Shown: positions 24,435 to 33,022 of the stretch, piece after piece | Numbering within the stretch: position 1 is the stretch's first letter | Layout: every line of letters starts with the position of its first letter | Source: Octopus bimaculoides | Lineage: Eukaryota | Length of the DNA stretch: 37,285 bases | Assembly (NCBI RefSeq): GCF_001194135.2 | Contig: NC_068985.1 | Location: 24,451,559-24,488,843 of the forward strand | Reading direction: 5' to 3' | Translations under genes and position numbers: made by a program | The notes under the pieces: generated by a model | Told to the model about the DNA's origin: nothing | The model's input: the letters and a program-made list of their open reading frames with translations, nothing else | The model's database searches: none

Positions 24435-25089
24435 GAACGGTGTTAGGTAAATTTCCCTTTTCCGTTTTATTCATTCTTTCTCTCTCTCTCTCTCTCTCTT
24501 TCCCTCTTTCTTCTGGCCGACAGTTTATTTAGTGTATGTTGTGTCCTGTCGTCTTTTTTTCAGTTTTGTTTATTCAGAGTATTAATTAACAGATAGTTTA
24601 ATTGATAGCTAAACTAATTGGTTTCATTTTTCATTTTTCATTTCATTCTTTTCTCCAGTGGTCTTCTAAACAACTGCATACGATCTTATAGCTTTGTTGC
24701 TGTTATTACTGTTTCCATCTTTATTATTGATGATGCCGAGTACAAGGTCAGCTTTGATTGAGCAGACTTACGGCAAAAGATGTTCTATTTCTTTTTTCAG
24801 TATTGTGTATCTAGGACTGCATTATCCAATGTGTCCTTCCTTTTAAAGACATCAGTATATAATGTGAATGACATGTAGATGTTATTTCTAGCAGGTCGGA
24901 CAACCAGTTAAAAGCTTCCTCGTTACCTCACGATGCAGTCATGCTTATTGGGAAGATAACACTCTAATATAGGTATCACTTAAATGCTCCAGCATGGGCA
25001 CAAGTTAGAGGCTAAGAACTAGTAAAGGTTTCTTTGCTATTCGCTTTTAGGGTCACCCAAATTCATAGAAGGGATTTCCCATTACGTGT

Positions 25090-25317
25090 CTTATTTCTTT
25101 ATTGCCTACAAGGGGCAAAGCATAGAAAGGACAAACAAGGACAAAGGGATTAAGTCGATTACATCGACCCAGTGCGTAACTAGTACTTAATTTATCGACC
25201 CCGAAAGGATGAAAAGCAAAGTCGACCTCGACGGAATTTGAACTCAGAACGTAACGGCAGACGAAATACCGCTAAGCATTCCGTCCGGCGCGCTAACGTT
25301 TCTGCCAGCTCGCCGCC
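25090..25317 (-). mobile_element. tail-A SINE, full length with 15-bp TSD
   Basis: TSD TTTCCCATT(A/G)CGTGT at 25075-25089 and 25318-25332. Confidence 0.95.
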
Positions 25318-25391
25318 TTTCCCATTGCGTGTGATTGAATTTCTGTATCCACGTTGATAACACTATCAGAAATAACAACGATTATCTAGAG

Positions 25392-25470
25392 TAGTGGTTC
25401 CCAACAGTGGTTCCCAACAGTGGTTCCCACCCTTTTTATTTAAATGAGTTTTCCCACGGACCCCTTTTAA
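25392..25470 (+). mobile_element. hAT (Charlie-like) element end with triplicated 13-bp terminus; no partner end found
   Basis: ATCTAGAG (NTCTAGAN-type target) is followed by three copies of (T/C)AGTGGTTCCCA(A/C), then CCACGGACCCC. Confidence 0.55.
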
Positions 25471-25572
25471 TATATCAGGATAAGATCGTTATTTAAAATA
25501 CCGATCATACCAAGTGGCCAGCATGGGAATAAGAACCTCATAGGTAATAATTATTATTAAAATTATAATTAA

Positions 25573-25932
25573 GGGTATCTAAAAGATACCATCCAGCTAG
25601 ATATAGCAGCCAAAACGTGACTCTAAAACCACATTAAATGTTCATACAGTACCAAGAGAGAAGACCAAGAGACAAAATAAACTAGCAAAACATATTTGGA
25701 TAATTCCAGATCCCGGATTTCTGGCTTTGCATAAGAAATGCTTTGCCTCATCAGTGGAATACACACAAAATAGTACATAAATACAAATATGTGTATATGC
25801 AACATACGAATATTTACATATACGCAAGTATACACACGTATATATATGCACGTTGCTGTATGAACATTTAATGTGGTTTTAGGGTCAAGTTTTGGCTGCT
25901 ATATCTAGCATGGTGATATCTTTTAGATACCC
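25573..25932. mobile_element. 360-bp MITE, 77-bp TIRs, TTAA TSD, Kolobok-like termini
   Basis: TTAA|GGGTATCT...AGATACCC|TTAA. TIRs at 25573-25649 and 25856-25932 have 6 mismatches in 77 bp by hand count. Confidence 0.9.
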
Positions 25933-25944
25933 TTAATTAAATAT

Positions 25945-26790
25945 ATATATTAGGGATAAAAATCCAGATTTACAGGTAAAAACTCAATTGAATTCAATTT
26001 ATCGAAATTTGAAATTAAATTAAGTTTCATAGTATATGATATAAATATATAATTTAGAGAAAAGAACAAAGTTCATGAACTCATCCATGAAAATCCACAG
26101 TCACATAGAGAAAACTTTAATAAGTAAATACACTAAAAAGAACTATAATAAAATACGAAGTAAGAATCATAAAATAATAAAACAACTACACGTGTTTCAT
26201 AACCAAATTTTCAAATAGAAAATAAGATTTAATCAAATCGATTAAATCGATCGAAAATAAATTCTATTCAAAAATATAACTAATCTTCAGGTCAAAATAC
26301 AACAATAATAATAATAAAATGAATGTATATATATATCAACCAACAATAAATAACAAATGAATTTATATAAAAATACTTATTATAATCAAGATAGAAAAAT
26401 GTTTGACAATATTATTAAAAATAAATGTAAAACTTATCTTATCGAAAATTATAAACTTGACATTATTAACTTACGTTTATTAAAATATAAACTAACAGAA
26501 ATATATAATAGAATATATATAGCAATAGTTAGTTTAGTTAAGATAGGAAATAGAGAGTGAATGTAGGGATATTGTATTTGTAAATCCATTGTTTAGGCAG
26601 AATGGTATACGTATAAGATTCCTATACCTTGTGAGTAAAATCCAATAGTCCTTAAGATTGGTCATTGCATTTGTAAATCCATTATTAAGACTCCAATTTC
26701 CTATGAGTAAAATCCAACAGTCTTTGAAATTGGTCATTCCAAATACAGAGTTTATACACAGTGTTATTGAATCAAGGGTTCTGTTTAAAG
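25945..26790 (-). mobile_element. Penelope-like 3' end: GIY-YIG C-terminal relic plus AT-rich pLTR
   Basis: FNNTVYKLCIWN, *PILRTIGFYSQG (duplicated), FCLN and FNKR..KFY resemble NSTGLSKLIWN..W.IL..Y..G..C.LCL..LNKR..KF. GAAACACGTGTA hammerhead stem-III-like motif at 26198-26187. Very degenerate. Confidence 0.6.
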
Positions 26791-26845
26791 TTCTCTTTAA
26801 ACAGAAACCTTGATTCAATAACACTGTGTATAAACTCTATATTTG
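26740..26845. repeat. near-perfect hairpin: 51-bp arms, 4-nt loop
   Basis: Arms at 26740-26790 and 26795-26845 with 2 mismatches; loop TTCT. Confidence 0.97.
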
Positions 26846-27001
26846 TTCTCTCCTTGTTTCTCTCCCTCTTTATTTCTGTGTTCCTCTGTCGAAGAGCGTA
26901 GGCTCGAAACGTAAAAGACTTTCTCACTTTCACGAGCGTTAAGCGAATACATCTGTTTGTTGTTTACACACCCGTCTTCGTCTTTTATTTTTTGTAAATT
27001 T

Positions 27002-27008
<7 letters not shown>
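26846..27008 (+). mobile_element. Penelope-like pLTR fragment with a hammerhead-ribozyme-like motif at 26886-26913
   Basis: CTGTCGA-A-GAGC(GTAG)GCTC-GAAA-C-GTA. Stem II and GAAAC-GTA fit a minimal type I hammerhead, but A6 is T and stem I is poor. Ends in (TA)n. Confidence 0.55.
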
Positions 27009-27043
<35 letters not shown>

Positions 27044-27293
27044 ACCAGCCATATATCCATAACGACACTATCAAAGCCACAATTTCAACCACACAACAAC
27101 AAGAACAGCACCGATAACGAAACACAAAAACTATCCAATATCATAAATTTATTGTGGTGCGTAAAAACAACACTCAGTTCATGAATTAGAGTAACAAGTT
27201 GTATTACAATAATAGATTTTCAAGAAAACGTAGGATTTGTTTCCGTAAAAGAGACAATTCATTGAAGCAAATGTATTAATATACAAAGATCCA

Positions 27294-27508
27294 ACGAGGC
27301 GAGCTGGTAGAAACGTTAGCACGCCGGGGTTGAAATGCTTAGCGGTATTTCGTCTGCCGTTACGTTCTGAGTTCAAATTCCGCCGTGGTCGACTTTGCCT
27401 TTCATCCTTTCGGGGTCGATAAATTAAGTACCTTCTGCGTACTGAGGTCGATCTAATCGACTGGCCCCTTCCCCTAAAATGTCGGGCCTTGTGCCTAGAG
27501 TTGAAAAG
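27294..27508 (+). mobile_element. SINE of the same head/core family, tail C, with perfect 16-bp TSD
   Basis: TSD AATATACAAAGATCCA at 27278-27293 and 27509-27524; tail CTGGCCCCTTCCCCTAAAATGTCGGGCCTTGTGCCTAGAGTTGAAAAG. Confidence 0.95.
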
Positions 27509-27599
27509 AATATACAAAGATCCATCAAAAAAATACGGGTGTATTTTTTGAAAAATTGTACACACGTGGCTTTGGAATTGAGATTTCAAGGGATCAGCT

Positions 27600-28850
27600 A
27601 GCATTCGGCGTGAAACCCAGATTACCCATAGGATTATTCATATGTTGTGTTTTTATTTTGAACCTTCTTATTCAGATCGATACGTTTACTGCCATACCTC
27701 GATCTCTGATTCTCTAATTTCTCTTACTGGTACGGCATTTCCTTCGATTTTTACCTAATTCTTGATAAAATTGTTTGGGTTGGATCTAACTATTTATTTT
27801 ATGCAAACAAACGTTTTTGCACGTCATAATGATAAGTTTTCTGTGATTAAACGTGGAGCGCTTGTTTCAAACATTTTTTGATCTGGGGTACTTATTTTCA
27901 TATATTTTATTTCATTAAGCTCTTTCATTCGCTTTCTCTTTTTATCGTTTTAATTTGTGTATCCTTAAAAATTGGTTGTGTTAAGGACTGCAATATATTC
28001 TTTATTTTCTATCAATTTTACTTCTATTTCAAATAGTTTGCTAGGCTTCTAATATTCCAATGAGCATATTTTAATGAATACCAATATTTTTTATATAACT
28101 ATTGCAGCTGTTACATATATTAGATTGTTTAACTTGGCGATATTTATGTTCAAGTCTGTTTCTATTAAATCAGTGCGGCTGTTACATACATTAGTTTGTT
28201 TCACCTGGTGATATATATGATCATGTGTACTTTTGTTATATTTGTCATTTCAGCTTTAGAATTTTCTATTGTTAAGCCTTATTCTTTTTCATTCATTTTT
28301 ATTATGTCGTTCTGTTTCGGTTTTATTTACATTATTTACAATTGACGAATATTTGTCCTCATCAGGATAAATATCCGTTAAATGTAAATAATGTACATAA
28401 GTCCTCATTTCTTAAATATAGAACTGTGTTTCGGTTTTGTTAATCATTATACTGTTGTTTATTTAGGATTAAATTTTGATTTGATTTATTATCTATCTTC
28501 TTTATTTTGCAAATGTTAGCTTTATCTTCCTGATATGTCTTCTCAATAATTTTAGGTTTCATGTGTATTTCTATTTTGATTTCGAAAAATTTTCTTTGCT
28601 TTCTGCTTTGTTTTATGAATGTGTTTTCTTAAGTTAGCTATCGAAGCCCAACTTTACGTTCAGATCCGGGTTCATTTCTCTCCAAATTTTACAAAAGCAT
28701 TCTATGTTAGTTTCGTTTTGGAGTCGAATGTCACCGTAAAATATGCATGTAGTTTTATTTTGGGGGCTTGGGAATATGTCCAGTTCTTTATTTAGATTGT
28801 CATCAACAAAGTTGAGTAGTAGTTTGTTTCTGACGATGTCGACCTTATGC
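27600..28850 (-). pseudogene. R4/Dong-like non-LTR retrotransposon, N-terminal region relic
   Basis: CKIWREMNPD near 28700-28665 and QPKQFYQELGK near 27785-27750 resemble motifs I recall from R4/Dong ORFs upstream of RT; heavily decayed. Confidence 0.55.
28325..28426. mobile_element. small palindromic insertion (collapsed MITE-like) flanked by 12-bp direct repeats
   Basis: Inverted arms 28328-28359 and 28364-28395 (4 mismatches); direct repeat TGTTTCGGTTTT at 28313-28324 and 28427-28438. Confidence 0.65.
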
Positions 28851-28906
28851 ATAGTTACTATTGCTTTTTGTTGCTACTGCTGTTGTTGTTATTGTTATTG
28901 TTATTG

Positions 28907-29029
28907 TTCTTCTTCTTCTTCTTCTTCTTCTTCTTCTTCTTCTTCTTCTTCTTCTTCTTCTTCTTCTTCTTCTTCTTCTTCTTCTTCTTCTTCTTCTTCT
29001 TCTTCTTCTTCTTCTTCTTCTTCTTCTTC
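28907..29029. repeat. (TTC)~41, the (GAA)n tail of the R4-like copy at 29036-29585
   Basis: Perfect triplet run directly 3' of the element on the minus strand. Confidence 0.95.
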
Positions 29030-29035
29030 TTTTTT

Positions 29036-29585
29036 GTTGGACCTCCTGGAGTTTTGCATGCGTTGTGGGATTGCTGACTGCAGCCCACGGTACCATTCTA
29101 TCTGTTCTTTTCGACTATCTAATACTCTCTTGATTATTCTTAATCGTGCCAAAGAAGTAAACCTTTTGTAACAGTTCTACTGGGTAATCTATTCAGATTT
29201 CCATTATATTTGTCTTGATGCCTTCTGTTACTGTTCCCAAGGACTCAACAATAATTGGCATTATCTGCACCTTCTCCATTTTCCATAGCCAGGCATCATG
29301 TGGTGCATCTTGTCTACCACCGCTAGGTCCGGTTTGTTATGCACCAGCACCTGATTTGTATGGATTGGGAAATCCCATAAGATTTTGCAGGTCTCCGATC
29401 CGCTACCTTCTGCGGTTTATGCTCATACCACGTCTTGCCTCTCTCTAGACCCCACTTTTGCTCACAGTTTCCAATATAGCACTTCCGCTATCTCATTGTA
29501 TCGCCACAACTTATAATGGTTTGGGGGCAAGTTTAGGGTATTCGTTTACGATAAGGGTAATGGTTTCGTCCACTCTATTACAGAT
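29036..29585 (-). pseudogene. R4/Dong-like 3' end: zinc-knuckle relic, RLE domain (internally deleted) and 3' UTR
   Basis: ICNRVDETITLIVNEYPKLA..YKLWRYNEIAEVLYWKL..WYEHKPQKV..CKILWDFPIHTNQVLVHNKPDLAVVDK..KVQIMPIIV..ELLQK..ARLRIIKRVLD. Confidence 0.85.
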
Positions 29586-30104
29586 GCAGCACAAGAGCAA
29601 CACGTGCCATCAAAGCGACACTGGGGTACAAATATACGAAACCCAATAAAACCATCATGACTACCCGTCTGATAAGAGTACACCAGGTACATGTATCACA
29701 ACCATATGCGCGACATGATGATCTCATATCAAGGTAAATAGCGTATGACCTTGCAGGTGGAGCCCTGACAGAATTTTCTTCAGGTCGAGTAGCCCAACCC
29801 GCTCAAGTGGTCCTTGAATAAGAGTTGTTTAAGAATGTTGAATGAAACCCCCATGTTTTCAGATGTGAATTATTCAAACCCCAAAGAATTCCTCTCAACA
29901 CATGGTTGTGATACTCCCCTACTACTTCTATTCGTGATCAGTGATGTGCTCAACTGGTTATTGTCAAACAACTGGCAAACAAGTCTGTGGTATTGAGCAG
30001 AATATTTGCTGTAGACCATCTTTTACACCAAGACAAAATATGTACATGATAAGACTTCCAATCACTTAAGATCAGAAGCCATGTGAGTCATATTATAATC
30101 ATTA

Positions 30105-30810
30105 TTATTATTTGTTAAAAACTCACAGCTTATTTTGCTGAGTATGATGGAAAGTGTCAGCTGTCCACAGCCAGCAGACTAAGGTGACACTTGTTTATTG
30201 GTCATGCTTCAAGGACACTGCGAAGGATTCCTGAAGTTCCATGGCATGCTTGTTTTTGTAGGTTTTCTACCTTTACATTTGTACCAATCTTTTTGAGGCA
30301 TGTTGTTAATTGAGTGCTGATACTTCCAATTACGCCAAATATTATTGGTACCACGTCTACTCTCCTCATTAACCACAGCCCTCGTATTTCACACTTCAAA
30401 TCGTTATAGCTGTTCATTTTTTCCTTCTTTCTCTTTGATCCTGTTGTCACCGGAGCATGCTATGTCGATTATCATGCTTGTTCTTTCTTTTTATTCATCA
30501 CAACAATGTCCAGTTTCCGATGTCTGGTCAGGCGATCGCACTGAATCATTGGATCCCACAGGATTTTGCAATTCTCATTTTCGGTGACTGATTCGGGGAT
30601 TGGCTCATACCATGCCTTTGCTCTTTCTAAGCCGTGATTTCCACACAGCTACCAATGGATTATTCTTGTCACATTGTCATGTGGTGTTTTGTATTCGTGT
30701 TGTGCCAATTTCGGGCATTCGCTAACGATATGCCATGCTATTTCACCCCACTTGCCACACATTCTGCATTTGTCGCTGTCCATAGTGTTGTCGGTTCATG
30801 TGCTACGCCG
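30105..30810 (-). pseudogene. second R4/Dong-like 3' end: intact CCHC knuckle, RLE domain, 3' UTR and (AAT)n tail
   Basis: CRMCGKWGEIAWHIVSEC (C-X2-C-X8-H-X4-C), HDNVTRIIHW, KILWDPMIQCDRLTRHRKLDIVV, IIDIACSGD, YNDLKCEIRGLW..VVPIIFGVIGS..LQKQACHGTSGILRSVL*. Confidence 0.9.
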
Positions 30811-30828
30811 TTTATTTTTATTATTATT

Positions 30829-30994
30829 GAAACAAAGCTTAGATTTGGTCTTATCCTTGGTGGGAATTATGTGGGTAGCGGGTTACTACCTGTAACCTTA
30901 GGTGTCCACCCATTTTCGGCAGTCTTTCAAGTACTTAGAACCCTCCTGATAATCCTTGCTGTCCCTAAGAGGCAAACTTTCTGTAGGAGCTCTC
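30829..30994 (-). mobile_element. third R4/Dong-like copy, extreme 3' end only
   Basis: ELLQKVCLLGTARIIRRVLST* plus 3' UTR, with (AAT)n on both sides. Confidence 0.85.
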
Positions 30995-31006
30995 ATTGTT
31001 ATTATT

Positions 31007-31215
31007 GGCGAGCTGGCAGAATCGTTAGCACGCAGAAGAAACTTCTTAGATACGTTTCGTCCGTCTTTACGTTCTGAATTCAAGTTCCACCGAGGTCGAC
31101 TTTGCCTTTCATCCTTTCGGGGTCGATAAATTAAGTACCAGTCAAGTACTGGGGTTGATGTAATCGACTAGTCCCTTCTTCCAAAATTTCAGACCTTGTG
31201 CCTATACTAGAAAGG

Positions 31216-31216
<1 letters not shown>
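31007..31216 (+). mobile_element. SINE, tail C variant, followed by (ATT)~20
   Basis: GGCGAGCTGGCAGAATCGTTAGCACG..core..CTAGTCCCTTCTTCCAAAATTTCAGACCTTGTGCCTATACTAGAAAGG. Confidence 0.9.
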
Positions 31217-31278
<62 letters not shown>

Positions 31279-31720
31279 GATAATAATAATAAAGAGTAGC
31301 GGACAAAAATTCTTTACAGTATTCCGTTACACCCCTTTAGATATTCAGCTCCAATACTACCGATATCGATTTTGCACTTTAATTGTATCAGATATCGATA
31401 ATGTACGTAACAGTAATGTAATTGGGTAGATTAAATCGATTTTACATGTCTCATTTTTTTTTTTTTTCTCTTTTTGGTGTTTGCTTAACTGCCAACGTGA
31501 TACATCATTGCATCCTCCAAACTGGTTTTCGATTTCCGCTTAGAAACATTTCACATTTAGATGAGTCAATGTCATATAGACAAAACGGCATCAAAGTTAC
31601 ATGACCTCATCTCCTATCAGTAATCATAAAACATGTAGCACATATTGATGGGACCCTGGAAATGGTGGTGCAACAACAGCCATTTGGCCATCCTCATAAC
31701 CCTATAATTATTGTTGCTGC

Positions 31721-31780
<60 letters not shown>

Positions 31781-32139
31781 TGTTATTGTTGTTGTTGTTG
31801 TTGTCATCGTTATCGTTATCATTCTGACAGCTCTTTCGACGTGGACATACAATTTTCCCATTACATCGTTAAGTTCATTAAAAGAGGCAATCACGCAGCT
31901 AACTTTCAATTTCCACTACTGTATCAATTTATAGCGTGAACAAGCAATTACTTTTGAGTACAAGTGTTTAAGTAGAAAGTCAGACAGATAAATTAATATA
32001 GGAGAGAGAGAGAGAGAGAAAGAGAATGAGTAATTGAGAGAGAGAGAAAAAGAAAAAGAAAGAATGAAAGAAATATAAAGAGAGTGAAAGGAGAAATTAA
32101 AGACAATAAAGAAATACAAATACGTAGAGCTTCTTTCGA

Positions 32140-32631
32140 ATGAAAATTTGTCAGCAGTTTCCATATCTATTGCTAATATCTAATGCTGAAGAGAAGACGA
32201 GAGAGATATGCGGTGATATATATTTGGAAGATCTTCGAGGGTTAGCTCCCAATTTGGGAATTGACAGCTATACCATTCCTCGAACTGGACGGCACTGCAT
32301 CATATCAAAGATCTCGTCTGCTCTATCTAAAATAACGACACAATACTGAAATAGTCTGGGTTTCAAGAGCCCGCAATTGTTCAACAGCGTTCCAGGCAAC
32401 CTTTAGAGATCTACATGGTGTTGATGTGGAAGTTTTCAAGGAACGTCTTGACAGGTTTCTATCTGAGATACCAGATGAACCCACATCGCATCAGGAGACG
32501 CAAAGAAGTGCAACTCCGTCCGACTCACTACTTCACCAAAAACAATACTGGAAACAACACCGAGTAACAACAGGTAGTGCACCAGCATGACCTCAGCTCC
32601 GGGCTAAAGCCAGTAAAAGATAAAAGATAAA
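32140..32631 (+). pseudogene. CR1/L2-group LINE 3' end
   Basis: RRRERYAVIYIWKIFEGLAPN..RTGRHC..SLGFKSPQLFNS..FKERLDRFLSEIPDEP..SDSLLHQ; tail GGTAGTGCACCAGCATGACC..AGTAAAAGATAAAAGATAA. Confidence 0.88.
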
Positions 32632-33022
32632 NNNNNNNNNNTATATATATATATATATATTCTCTATAGATTCTTCAGATTATAAAAACATGTGACATAT
32701 TAATAAAAATGTGTAAATGTACAACCATCTACATCTCTGAGTACCTTATTATTATCATTGTCTAATATATAATACCTGTACATCACATCCAAACCTTCTT
32801 ATATAAATATAAGGGTAGCTAAAATATGTATGGGTCGAGTAAAGGAGCTGACTTGATAGACTACACCTGTCTACAGTAATATGTAGTCTTGTTGCCCAAA
32901 ATTGAGATTTATTTTTATCTAGGCCGTGTCAAGACTGTGGACTATCGAACAGAAGAGAAAAATGCATTAGTCTGTTTCATTCTTTTACACCCTGAAATGA
33001 AATTCTACCAGGTATATATATA

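Noticed and set aside
24659-24746. Candidate exon GLLNNCIRSYSFVAVITVSIFIIDDAEYK with a strong acceptor
   Set aside because: The donor appears to lie at the edge of an old repeat relic and no homolog is recognised; such candidates arise by chance in pyrimidine-rich DNA.
28300-28370. Minus-strand CTGATGAGG...CCGAAAC hammerhead-like core
   Set aside because: No stem III or NUH triplet; the GAAAC comes from the flanking direct repeat.
29586-30090. Possible LINE 3' UTR-type repeat on plus between the R4 pieces
   Set aside because: It looks familiar as an octopus repeat, but there is no second copy, ORF motif or TSD in the window to support a call.
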